Part shown: positions 52,869 through 64,000 of the stretch, piece by piece | Layout of the letters: the number at the start of each line of letters is the position of its first letter | Position numbering within the stretch: position 1 is the first letter of the stretch | Assembly (NCBI GenBank): GCA_951406725.2 | Contig: OX597820.1 | Coordinates: forward strand, 6,758,001 to 6,822,000 | From: Octopus vulgaris | Lineage: Eukaryota | Direction: 5' to 3' | Length of the DNA stretch: 64,000 bases | The notes under the pieces: generated by a model | Told to the model about the DNA's origin: nothing | Databases searched by the model: none | The model's input: the letters and a program-made list of their open reading frames with translations, nothing else | Position numbers and translations under genes: made by a program

Positions 52869-53629
52869 GGCGGCGAGCTGGCAGAATCGTTAGCATGCCG
52901 GGCGAAATGCGTAGCCGTATTTCGTCTGCCGTTACGTTCTGAGTTCAAAATCCGCCGAGGTCGACTTTGCCTTTCATCCTTTCCGGGTCGATTAAATAAG
53001 TACCAGTTACGCACTGGGGTCGGTATAATCGACTTAATCCGTTTGTCTGTCCTTGTTTGCCCTCTCTGTGTTTAGCCCCTTGTAGGTAGTAAAGAAATGG
53101 ATACAATTACAGCATATATTCCAACGTAGACATAGACAAGCATACTAGCATCTACCAATTCATTTTTGATTGGAGTTTAGAAGGTGGGTGTGGTAATTCG
53201 TGCTTTTATCGAGATCGCATCACGGATAAATAGACATGAGTGATAGGCGGATGGTGTAAGTACCAGTTACGCACTGGGGTCGGTATAATCGACTTAATCC
53301 GTTTGTCTGTCGTTGTTTGTCCTATCTGTGTTCAGCCCCTTGTGGGTAGTAAAGAATGGAAACAATTACAGCATATATTCCAACGTAGACATAGACAAGC
53401 ATACTAGCATCTACCAATTCATTTTTTGATTGGAGTTTAGAAGGTGGGTGTGGTAATTCGTGCTTTTATCGAGATCGCATCACGGATAAATAGACATGAG
53501 TGATGGGCGGATGGTGTAAGTACCAGTTACGCACTGGGGTCGGTATAATCGACTTAATCCGTTTGTCTGTCCTTGTTTGTCCTCTCTGTGTTTAGCCCCG
53601 TGTGGGTAGTATAGAAACAGGTGTAAGTA
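52869..53629 (+). mobile_element. SINE family A plus two 3' SINE fragments in a 260-bp tandem duplication
   Basis: Full copy at 52869-53098. TAAGTACCAGTTAC recurs at 52997, 53257 and 53517 with near-identical intervening unique sequence. Confidence 0.92.
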
Positions 53630-55150
53630 AAGAGCAAAATAAATTAGGGTGAGGAAGTGTGAAGAATCGAGAGGATTTTAGAGATCGATATTAATGGAGC
53701 AATTACATAAGTACAGAGAGAGAGAGAGAGAGTGAGGTAAAAATTAAGTGATATTTCATCATCCAGTCGGGTGACTTGCTCGGACCAGTGTAACACTTCT
53801 ACGTCAGACATCTCGATCGAGCGATGCAGCATTAACGTCTAGCTTCGGTTTTAGTCATTTTTGTTGGTGTTTCATTCAGTGAAATATTTTTATCCGTGCG
53901 CACCCCGATTACTGACGGTAGCAGTAATTCGCTGTTGATATTTAAGGGTCAGTAATGTGATTTTTGCGTCTGTGAGAGAGAAAGTGTGTGAGAGTGTGAG
54001 AGAGAGAGAGAGAGAATATAGAGTAGCACTCAATACAGTTGGAAGGAGTTATATTGTGGCATTTAGGGGCCAGTGAGGAGTGCGTGTGTATGTGTGTGTG
54101 TATGCGTGTGTGTGTGCAAGAAAGAGGAGGTCGAAGCGGGATTAATTTGTGGTGGTCAGAGCGAATTAATTGGGATTTAACCAGCGAGGAGAAGACATAT
54201 GAACGATAATTATTTTATTCAAAGTGAAGTTGAGCAGGCTGAAAGGAAGTGGAATATATTAGATCAATATTGATAAAAACGTTTATATTAAATACTTATA
54301 AATTCAATGTTGTGTCTAGAAGATAAGAAGATAAAAGTTTATAGGAGTGGAATATGGTGAAGCTATTTAAGTGACTAAAGAGAGGAAATAACTTCAAGAG
54401 TACATCACATGAATGGTGTTGGATTAAAAGGCAAGATATATCAAAATGGAAACACTTCACAGCTCATATTTAATTATTTTACGGTGTTTGGAAAATAATG
54501 GTATAACCGAGAACTACATTATTTTTCCTTAGCAAATACACTTACTTCCACCGTGAAAGATAGACAACAAGGTTTGAAACTGAAAAACTAGTCGGGTCGT
54601 TCTTGGATTTTTGGTTACATAGATGAAGAAATATGTGGATTCAAAATATATAAATCTCATAAAGAATTCGAAGATTTGTCATATATTCCGGTTCTATGTA
54701 AAACCGCAAAGTTCAATTTCGATATTATGTAACGCAGTGTTCGCAGAATGTTTAAGACAGATACTGGGTATTTCATTGATGTTCAAGTATTTAAATAAGA
54801 TTGCATGCGTTAAAGGTTGACATGCGAGTATTTAGACGGAAGTACATGATCGGAATCATGCAAAAGTTGATACTGCTTCCCTTTTCTGAACATATATGTA
54901 GGTTCCGTGTAGTGTGTGTTTAAGCGTGTTTACGTAAATATATAAATTTACATACATACATAAACATCCGTGGATGTGTGTATGCATGTGTGTATATATG
55001 TCGTAAAACATGTACGTGTAAATTCATAATGAAAAGTATACGATAACACGGGGTTGCATATACCTTTCTATCCATATCTGTCTATCTATTGATCGATCGA
55101 CCACTCTATCCATCTATCTATATCGATCGATCTATCCATCTACCTACCTA

Positions 55151-55321
55151 CTAGCCACTAAACACATTTTTCTCTCCTTGTTTTATTCTGTGTCCCTTTC
55201 TGTAGAAGAGCGTAGGCTCGAAACGTAAAATACTTTTTTCTATACCTGAGCGTTATACTAATACATCTGTTTGTTTCGTACACCACCAGTCTTCGTCTTT
55301 TGTTTTTTTCGTAAACTCTCC

Positions 55322-55371
<50 letters not shown>

Positions 55372-55516
55372 ATTTCTGTGTATCTTTCTGTTGAAGAGCG
55401 TAGGCTCGAAACGTAAATGACTTGTTTTATTTCTATTCCTGAGCGCCACACTAATACGTTGTTTGTTTGTACTCCACCTGCCTTCGTCTTTTGCTTATTT
55501 TCGTAAAGCTTCCTCT
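55151..55516 (+). mobile_element. Two tandem copies of a ~170-200 bp (TA)n-associated repeat with a hammerhead-like motif
   Basis: Copies at 55151-55324 and about 55372-55516 are separated by (TA)n. Both contain CTGT(A/T)GAAGAGCGTAGGCTCGAAACGTA. Confidence 0.85.
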
Positions 55517-57410
55517 TATATATGGATATATATACATATGTGTGTGTATGTGTGTGTATGCAAGGAGCCATGCTTACATTTCTCCAAAATTAGTTATCTG
55601 GCACACATCTAATTATGTGTTTGCCACAAACATATTGTGCAATAATACAGAAAAACAAAAACATACGCGTGTGTCGGGGAGTGGGTACAGTGTGTGCGTA
55701 CGTATGTATGTGTGTGTGTGAGCGTGCGTATGTGTGTGGTTGAGTGTGTGTGTGTGTGGGGGGGAGCATATGTGCGCGCCCAGTTATTACCAAACACAAG
55801 TACACAGTCTCATCAGTTGCTTCTATGTACATCAACATCAATAGCTGTGGGTAAAGAAAGAAAATACTGATAATAGGATACTTGTGACGATGATACTGCT
55901 TCAGTAGTAGTAGTAGTAGTAGTGTTAATGATGATTATGAGGGTCATAATAAAGGAGACAAAGAAGAAAGAGAAGATGAAGGAGTATGCTAAGAAGGTGA
56001 AAAAGGCGAAAAAGAAGACAAAGATGATAAAAAAACAGAACAACGGAGACGATGAAGTGAAAGAGAAAGTGGAAGAAGAAGTGGAATGAAAAAGCGGTGT
56101 TGAAGAAAGAATTAAATGTAGTTCAAGAACAAGAACGAGGATGAAGTGGAAGAAAAAAGAAAAGAAAAAGAGAAAGGGGAAAGAAGAAGGAAAAGAAAAA
56201 GAGAAAGGGGAAAGAAGAAGGAAAAGAAAAAGAGAAAAGGAAAAGAAGAAGGAACTGGAGACGAAGAAGGAAAAAAAAAGAGGAACAGGAGAAACTGTAA
56301 AAGAAGAAAAAAGAGAATGAAAAGAAAAGAAGATGATATAAAAATAACTGGAAAAATCATAAGACGAACAAGAAAAACAACACGGAACATAAGTTGGAAG
56401 AAAATAAACATGACGGTCGACAATAAGAACGACAAGAGCAACAACAATAATAATAGCAACAACAATGAGGAAGAGAAGAAGAGGATGGAGCAGACGGTGC
56501 GGTAGAAACAATATCTGATGATAAAGACAAACAATATAGGAGAGGCCATTCCGAAAAAAATAGCTGAAGGAAGAAAGAAAGAAAAAATATGTACGTCAAG
56601 TTCTTGTGACAAGATGAGTTTATCTAACCCCGATCCCCCCACTCCACTTCCCCTCATCATTTCTCGGCTGAAAGTTGTACATATTTATTTGATTAAAAGT
56701 GTCTTATTAGCAAAATATATCCCACAGTTACCTGCCAATATAATGTTGATTCTAATATTAGAACCAGCGTACAATTCCTAAAATAAAGACGCTTTAATTC
56801 CAATAATGTGTTTTAATTAAACCAGAAATTCGTCAGAGGAATTCAACCACCACATTTCTCATATTTCCTCTTGTTATTTCTGTTTATAGTCGGGTTTTTT
56901 TTACTTGGTTCCCTTATTTCTTTCTACTATTAGTGTTGGTGATATTGTTGTTATTATTATTGTTATTGTTACTTCTTGTACTATTACAATTACTTTTATT
57001 TCTACTTTCAACTATCTTTCATAACATTATATGAAGAGCAGCACATCTTTTTCTCCCGCTTTCTCTCTTCTACCTTTTATCGCTGCCTTTATGTTTTGCT
57101 TCAGTTCTGTAGTGGAGAAAGAAGCTTTCTCATCTCCCCTTTGAACAAGTCAATCATACTACACATGCTATTATTATTATTATTACTATTATTATCATTA
57201 TTATTATTTCCTTATTTCTTCAAATTTTCTTCCGTTTCTCGCAGAGTGTTTTCCATACACCTAGGGCAGAGAAGCTCATTATATGCATTCCCATATTACA
57301 CACGCAAATTCACAGGTAAAATATGTATTTGAAACATTAATGAATAAATAAATTCATGAATGGGTGTTGTTTTCACAGCGATAATGTTATTCTCAGTACA
57401 CGTGCCGTTC

Positions 57411-57467
<57 letters not shown>

Positions 57468-57468
<1 letters not shown>

Positions 57469-58565
57469 CGAAAGTGTAAACTGTCCACAGCCAGCAGACT
57501 AAGAAGACATTTGTTTACTGGTCATGCTTCAAGAACCCGACGAAGAATTCTTGTAATTCCAAGCAATGCTGATTTTTATAGGTGTTCTACCTTCACACTT
57601 GCACCAATCTTTTTCAGCCATGCTGGTAGTTGAGTGCTGATACTTCCAAGTGTACCAGTTATTATTGGTACCACATCTACTCTCCTCATTGACCACAACC
57701 TTCGTATTTCCCGCTTCAAACCGCTATAATTGGTTTTTTTTTTCTTCTTTCACATTGATCTTGTTGTCATCGGGGCATGCTATGTCGGTTATTATTTTCT
57801 AAGCCCAGTACTTATTCTATCGGTCTCTTTTGCCGAACCGCTAAGTAACGGGGACGTAAACACACCAGCATCGGTTGTCAAGCAATGCTAGGGGGACAAA
57901 CACTGACACACAAACATATACACACACAAACACATATATATATATGTATACATATATACGACAGGCTTCTTTCAGTTTCCGTCTACCAAATCCACTCACA
58001 AGGCATTGGTCGGCCCGGGGCTATAGCAGAAGACATTTGCCCAAGATGCTACGCAGTGGGATTGAACCCGGAACCATGTGGTTGGTAAGCAAGCTACTTA
58101 CCACACAGCCACTCCTGCGCTATAGTTGGGTTTTTCTTCTTCTTTCACATTGATCTTGTTGTTACCGGCGCATGCTACGTCAATTATCATACATGTTCTT
58201 TCATTTTTATTCACCACAACAATGTCCAGTTTCCGATGTCTGGTCAAGTGATCACACTGGATCATTACATCTCACAGGATTTTACAATTCTCACTTTCGG
58301 TGACTCCTTCGGGAGTTTGCTCATACCACGTCTTTGCTCTTTGAATGCCGTGGTTTCCACAGAACTCCCAATGGATCATTCTTGTCATGGCATCGTTTGC
58401 ATTCGCGTTGTGTCGATTTGGAGCATTCACTACCAATGTACCCTACCGTTTCACCCCTCTCACCACACATTCTGCATTTGTTGCTATCAGTAGTGTTTAT
58501 TCTGCACTTCATATATTTGGTCCTGAAGGTTTGATCCTGAGTTGTAACATATTGTAGAATTGAAA
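57468..58565 (-). mobile_element. Decayed R4/Dong-type LINE 3' portion with (TAA)n tail, interrupted by a SINE
   Basis: Minus-strand peptides include QDQTFRTKY, KCRMCGERGETV..I.SEC, RKLDIVVV, IIDVAC, EIRRLWSM..V.VVPIITGTLG and LLGITRILRRVL. An (ATT)n tract lies at 57412-57467. Confidence 0.88.
57800..58120 (-). mobile_element. SINE family B lacking its 3' tail, inside the R4/Dong LINE
   Basis: Matches the family B head and body and stops at TAAGCCCAGTAC. Confidence 0.9.
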
Positions 58566-58709
58566 CAGGCCATATTTTAGCCATTTCTCCTCAGACTGAA
58601 AAAATGACGAGCAAACGTAATCGATTTTCGAACCTTATTGTGTTCTCATCAGAGGCGTCCACATCATTCCGACAGTCTCCAGAGAAACAACGAGCCAAAC
58701 TGTTTATAT

Positions 58710-59087
58710 TCTTTTACATGTTTCAGGCATTTGACTGCGGCCATACTGGAGCACCACCTTTAATCGAGCAAATCGACCCCGGGACTTATTCTTTGTAAGC
58801 CCAGTACTTATTATATCGGTCTCTTTTTGCCGAACCGCTAAGTGACGGGGACATAAACACACCAGCATCGTTTGTCAAGCGGGACAAACACAGACACACA
58901 CACACATATATATATACATATATACGCCGGGCTTCTTTCAGTTTCCGTCTACCAAATCCACTCACAAGGCTTTGGTCGGCCCGAGGCTATAGTAGAAGAC
59001 ACTTGCCCAAGGTGTCACGCAGTGGGACTGAACCCGGAACCATGTGGTTGGTAAATATGCTACTTACTACACAGCCACTCCTGCGCC
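58710..59087 (-). mobile_element. SINE family B, near full length
   Basis: Collinear with the reverse complement of 11004-11400. Confidence 0.9.
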
Positions 59088-59784
59088 TATATATACACAT
59101 ATATAGATCCACAATTTTAAATTAACCGAACATGTTACGCTATGCATTTGTAGAGTATAAATTTTATATTTAATAAACAAGGTTATAGATACGGACGTGA
59201 AAGTTTCTGCCAATCCGATGATGGCTTAATTGCCCGAGACTTCGAAGTCACTATCAATAATATTCCTGTTTAAGAATAAATAAACGAATAAATATTACAC
59301 GCACACACACATACATATACGTATATATATATATATATGCAATGTATTTATATATATAGTCATGTCTACGCATACCCCATACATACCAATATCGATATAT
59401 GTATGTATACTCCTATATATATATATGTGTGTGTGTATATGTGTGTGTGTATGTATGTGTGTATGTAGTTATGCTTTTGTGTATGTGTGTGTAAAAAATG
59501 TGGACAACTTTTGAATACGTTTTGTTTGCAATAATATATAAATACAAGATGGAGCCCAGGTAAAAGTACATCGGTTTATTTCATGAATACAAAACTATAG
59601 ATGAAGAAGATTTTCTAATAATTCGACGGATTATTGTACACATTTTCCGACCTATAGCCTCTCCACGCCAACTACATATGTATGTGCATGTGTATTCATG
59701 CATAAGTGTCTACATAAATATATATATATACATATGTATATATATATATATGAGTGCTTGTGTGCGTATGTGGATATATATATT

Positions 59785-59994
59785 TACTCTTTTTACTCTT
59801 TTACTTGTTTCAGTCATTTGACTGCGGCGACGCTGGAGCACCGCCTTTAGTCGAGCAAATCGACCCTGGGACTTATTCTTTGTAAGCCCAGTACTTATTC
59901 TATCGGTCTCTTTTGCCGAACCGCTAAGTGACGGAGACATAAACACACCTGCATTGGTTGTCAAGCAATGCTAGGGAAACAAACACAGACACAC

Positions 59995-59995
<1 letters not shown>
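59785..59995 (-). mobile_element. SINE family B, 3' half
   Basis: Tail repeats TTTTACTC and body sequence up to the internal microsatellite. Confidence 0.88.
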
Positions 59996-60029
<34 letters not shown>

Positions 60030-60578
60030 CACATATGGATACATGTATTTGTATATATTTGAAAATATAAATATATGTGAGTATATATGAATGTGTGTGT
60101 GTGTGTGTCTGTGTGATTCAATGTTTACTTTATAAATATGAGCTACGGATAATGTCTTGCTATGATGTCACAAGTCTAGGGATGTGAATTGTATCTCCAA
60201 AATAATGCTCCGGCTTTGAGCACATGGTTGTTCGGTTACAAAATTGAGGTGCTAATGCTGGTACATGAGAAACCCCACCCGACAAATATAAATAAATAAA
60301 AGAGGCGAAATGAGATGAAAGTTGATGCAGAATTTTGATGTATGAATGGAAACGAAAAATAATAGAAAAGAAATTAAACAGTTATGTCGTCTTTCACCGC
60401 AGAATTCATTATTAAATTAATTGTTGTGGAATAATTTAACGGAGTTGGATTCAAAGTCTGTGAGAACCCTCGGCACTCTATTATGGCTGTTCAACATTTT
60501 GCTTTTTCAATCTGCGAAGAAATTTTAAAATTGTCCATGCTTATATATAGGTTATATATATATTATACCCATTTCATT

Positions 60579-60760
60579 GGGACAAACACGGACAGACAAA
60601 CGGATAAGTCGATTATATCGACCCCAGTGCGTAACTGGTACTTATTTAATCGACCCCGAAAGGATGAAAGGCAAAGTCGACCTCGGCGGAATTTGAACTC
60701 AGAACGTAGCGGCAGACGAAATACTGCTAAGCATTTCGCCCGGCGTGCCAGCTCACCGCC
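60579..60760 (-). mobile_element. SINE family A
   Basis: Reverse complement of the family A head and core, with small deletions. Confidence 0.88.
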
Positions 60761-61054
60761 TAGATATATATATATATTATACCTTGATACAGTTTGAACT
60801 GAGATGCCTTGGGACAAGTCCCTGATATTAAATAAAGTGTTAATATTAATGGGATGCAAATCAGTCGCTCCAGCTCTCTGATCGACTGGATTTGTTAAGG
60901 ATATAAACAAATTGGTTGCCTGGTTCTCTGGAATTGGACAAATTCTCTTTGACAACCTTGATGATAAGGTTCAAAAATCAGTTGTGGAAATTCATCATCT
61001 ACTGCGTAGGTTAAGTATATTAAATGTTTTTGTTTGTTTTATATTTATGTTATA

Positions 61055-61370
61055 CTAGCATTATGACCCGGCTAACCACAAAGGGGAGGGGTGTTACTGT
61101 AGCTTTTTACGTTCTGAGATTTAATAATAAATTTTAGAGAGTTACTTCCCTTATATATGTCAAAAATGGATTAAAAATGGGAAAAATTGATGGTAATTTT
61201 TTTTTTAATCGTAGACTCATCGTAGACGTGCGCTAATACCCAGACGGTCTCGATATGAATCACGACTATAAGATACCCGGTTTTGGTTAAACTGCACCGC
61301 AAAATGTGGGAGTAGTTAGGAATCTAAATCGTAGGAGACAGACACACAACCTCACTTTTATATATAAAGA
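61055..61370 (-). mobile_element. Non-autonomous Helitron
   Basis: The minus strand starts TCTTTATATATAAAA and ends CTAG. It is inserted between A and T with no TSD and shares its 5' sequence with 63550-63783. Confidence 0.88.
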
Positions 61371-61540
61371 TTTCCTCTATTTACATAATATTGAGGTCTC
61401 TTTCTTTCTTTTCTTATCGTACTGTTTTTACCAATATACATATATATATATATATATATATAAATATATATATATAGTTACAGAGATGTACTTGCATAGC
61501 AAGTGACTTGATCTGAGATCGTGTGCTGGAACGAAAACAG

Positions 61541-61799
61541 TTGCAGCGTTGAAGGTGTTTATAAGCCATTTAAGAAACACACAAAAACCGTTAGATTCAC
61601 TTCAACATTTAAATTTAATTTGTCAAAATATTTTCGTCGCTTTGAGACCGCGACCTGTTAGCACGATATTTTTGTCAGTGAACAGGTCGCGGTCTCAAAG
61701 CGAGGAAAATATTTTGGCAAATTAAATTTAAATGTTGAAGTGAATCTAACGGTTTTTGTGTGTTTCTTAAATGGCTTACAAACACCTTCCACGCTGCAA
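61541..61799. repeat. Near-perfect inverted repeat, 119-bp arms, 21-nt spacer
   Basis: 61541-61659 is the reverse complement of 61681-61799, with about four substitutions. Confidence 0.95.
61671..61720 (+). ncRNA. Putative G3-C8 variant hammerhead motif (this copy carries a helix II mutation)
   Basis: TTTGTCA-GTGAACA-G-GTCGC ggtctcaaa GCGA(G)-GAAA-ATAT-TT-TG(G)CAAA. The inverted arm has GCGAC and TGACAAA, which restore both helices. Confidence 0.55.
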
Positions 61800-61869
61800 T
61801 ATATATATACACACATATATATATGTATGTATATATGTATGTGTGTATATGTGTATGCATGTATGTGTG

Positions 61870-62090
61870 TGCGTGTCTGTGCTTGTGATTGTCCTCCACC
61901 ACTGCTTGACAACGAATGTTGGTTTGTTTACATCCCTGTCACCTAGTGGTTTGACAAAGGAAACAGATAGAATAAGTACAATGCTTACAAAAATAAAACT
62001 GGAGTTGATTCATTAAACTACAATTCTTCAAGGCATTGCCCCAGCATGGCCACAGACCAATGGCTGGAAAAAGCAGAAGAATAAAAGAAT
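61870..62090 (+). mobile_element. SINE family B, diverged 3' half
   Basis: Contains GCTTGACAAC...GATAGAATAAGTAC...GCCCCAGCATGGCCACAG. Confidence 0.75.
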
Positions 62091-62156
62091 ACATTCTCTG
62101 CTTTGATCTTATGTTCAAGGCATGAGAAAGCTTGAGTTTACATGAGAAGGCCTAAC

Positions 62157-62422
62157 AGACCTGGTAGAAACAGCAGCCAAATCTCCCTCAAATCACACCT
62201 TACTGTCTTATGTATGTATATATATATGAGCCAATGAGGGGGACCTCTACATGGTAGCTAGACCTGGTAGAAATAGCAGCCAAATTTCCCCCAAATCACA
62301 CCTTACTGTCTTATCTATGTATATATGTATGTATGAGCCTATGAGGGAGACCCCTACATGGCAGCTAGACATGGTAGAAATAGCAGCCAAATCTCCCTCA
62401 AATCACACCTTACTGTCTTATG

Positions 62423-62430
<8 letters not shown>
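62157..62430 (+). repeat. ~105-bp tandem repeat (about 2.7 units) built from an old interspersed repeat fragment
   Basis: AGAC(C/A)TGGTAGAAA.AGCAGCCAAAT.TCCC.CAAATCACACCTTACTGTCTTA at 62157, 62260 and 62367. Diverged single copies lie near 3460, 22935 and 33650. Confidence 0.9.
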
Positions 62431-62460
<30 letters not shown>

Positions 62461-62749
62461 AGCCACTACGGTTATTTAATGTAAAGTCTTCCTCAAATCA
62501 CTCTCGCTATTTACTCTCTTCCAAGAACATTTTCACTCACTCTTATCTCTTAGCTTGCCATACATTTTACTCATGTATCTATCAGCATGATAGACAGAAA
62601 CAAATATTACATCGCCATCGCCATCGCATTCTATTGTCTACCTGTCAACACACACACACAGTGAATTACTTTCATTTTATTCGTTGCACACTGTGTGTGT
62701 GCGTGTGCGTGTGGTGTAAACCACATTGAAGAAAAGCATTTGACATACA

Positions 62750-62937
62750 CACCAGAATGTGAGTTTTCTGTAAATTTTGCTTAATTGGAGTTTAAATTTT
62801 AAAAACTGGAACTGGCATGACCCGATGCATTCTACTTTTTAAAATGCTAGGTAAATTGTAATTGAAGAAATCCTATATTGTAGATTTCTATAACTGACAA
62901 AGGGAGGCAGATAAAATCTGCCTTTTATAATAAGAGA
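62750..62937 (-). mobile_element. 5' end of another Helitron-like element abutting the CTAG of the helicase-bearing copy (left boundary uncertain)
   Basis: The minus strand starts TCTCTTATTATAAAAGGCAG immediately after the CTAG terminus. Confidence 0.55.
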
Positions 62938-63783
62938 CTAGCAGAATTGCCCGGCGTTGCTCGGGGCTGAATTGCTTGAAAGTACTGTTAATGATTGCAC
63001 TGAATTATGATGATTATTCAGGCAAATATTGATATAAGTTTACGGTGGGAGATAAGGACTTAACGATAAAACGTGTGCCATTGCATTGTTTTGGGGGAAC
63101 CAAATTTCTGATGAGCATTATAGGGGCACCAACTTTAAGTTTGAGAAAGTGTGGTGGTAGTCCGGGGTGCTCAAAGGAATTGAGTACCTCTATTGTATAG
63201 TTGATGACGTCCTCTGGGTCAGGAGTTGTATCGATAGACTGATATACATAGACTTCCCCAGGAATGAGTTTTAGCATTTCATCATTAATATGGTGAACAG
63301 TTTTATTCCTCGGGGCCAGTATAGCCTTTTTGCCAATCCAATCCATATTCTGATAATTAGCTTGTAGATCTGGGAACACTGCATCTCTGAGATCAGAAGG
63401 CGTCTTAACAATGGTACAAATGGAATCGATGGCAATATTACCATTTTCATCCCCTGGTATTTTGCCTTCGCCAAGTGCAAGGGGGGTGTGAGGAAATGCT
63501 GCTGATGTGATATTACGTCGCATATGAGCACGCATATTGGTGTGAAGTTTGAGAGTTACTTCCCTTTATTTAAAAAATATGCATTAAAATGGAAAAAAAT
63601 GATGGTAAATTATTTGTAAAGTCATAGACTCATCGTAGACGCGCGCTAATACCCAGAAGGGCTCGATATGAATCACGACTATAAGATACCCGGTTTTGGT
63701 TAAACTGCATTGCAAAATGTGGGAGTAGTTAGGAATCTAAATCGGAGTAGACAGACACACAACCTTTCTTTTATATATAAATA
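62938..63783 (-). mobile_element. Internally deleted Helitron retaining a helicase fragment
   Basis: It has a 3' CTAG (62938-62941) preceded by the GC hairpin CCCG-AGCAACGC-CGGG. Its 5' ~230 bp (63550-63783) closely match the Helitron at 61055-61370. Confidence 0.9.
63014..63550 (-). pseudogene. PIF1-family (Helitron RepHel) DNA helicase fragment
   Basis: Contains LHTNMR, AILAPRN...IN, and LNS...PGLPPH.LKLKVGAPIMLIRNL.PPK.CNGTR, which are diagnostic of Helitron helicases. Truncated at both ends. Confidence 0.92.
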
Positions 63784-63784
63784 T

Positions 63785-64000
63785 TTTCGTCCTAAAAAAC
63801 TTTGTATGGATTGAATGGTTACCTCTATGGAAATATATACACGCACATTATACATACATGTGTATATAGATGAATATATAAATACATTTAAATATCTATA
63901 TACACTTTTGGGCGATCTTTCTTTTTCTTAGAGATAACTTTAGATCTTATATTCGTCCTAAAAAACTTTGTATGGAGTGAAAGGTTACCTCTATGGAAAT
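63785..64000 (+). repeat. Direct repeat with ~167-bp period running off the window end
   Basis: TTCGTCCTAAAAAACTTTGTATGGA.TGAA.GGTTACCTCTATGGAAAT occurs twice. Confidence 0.85.

Noticed and set aside
52997-53629. Repeat-spacer pattern reminiscent of CRISPR
   Set aside because: The spacers are identical, the repeats are SINE fragments, the context is eukaryotic and no cas genes are present.
55813-56660. Lys/Glu-rich and Phe/Ser-rich ORFs
   Set aside because: A degenerate purine-rich low-complexity tract.

Overview
AT-rich, microsatellite-saturated eukaryotic DNA with no host protein-coding exon that I can support. The SINE families and repeat make-up point to a cephalopod, probably Octopus (inference). 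Nearly all ORFs in the supplied track are translations of simple repeats. Real coding sequence is all transposon-derived: a young 5'-truncated Tx1/L1-clade LINE (RT plus zinc finger, 48811-51147, minus), three decayed R4/Dong-type RLE LINE fragments, a CR1-type LINE 3' end, and a Helitron with a PIF1-like helicase fragment. Three tRNA-derived SINE families occur in many copies. The most interesting signal is a set of short elements beside (TA)n arrays that carry minimal, Penelope-style type I hammerhead-ribozyme motifs. Their 3-8 core positions covary between unrelated families (C-G, G-C, U-A), one family occurs as a tandem pair, and one copy begins at the predicted cleavage site. The window also contains two apparent SINE-LINE 3'-tail partnerships and several long fold-back structures. 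All alignments and folds were done by eye and need computational and experimental confirmation.
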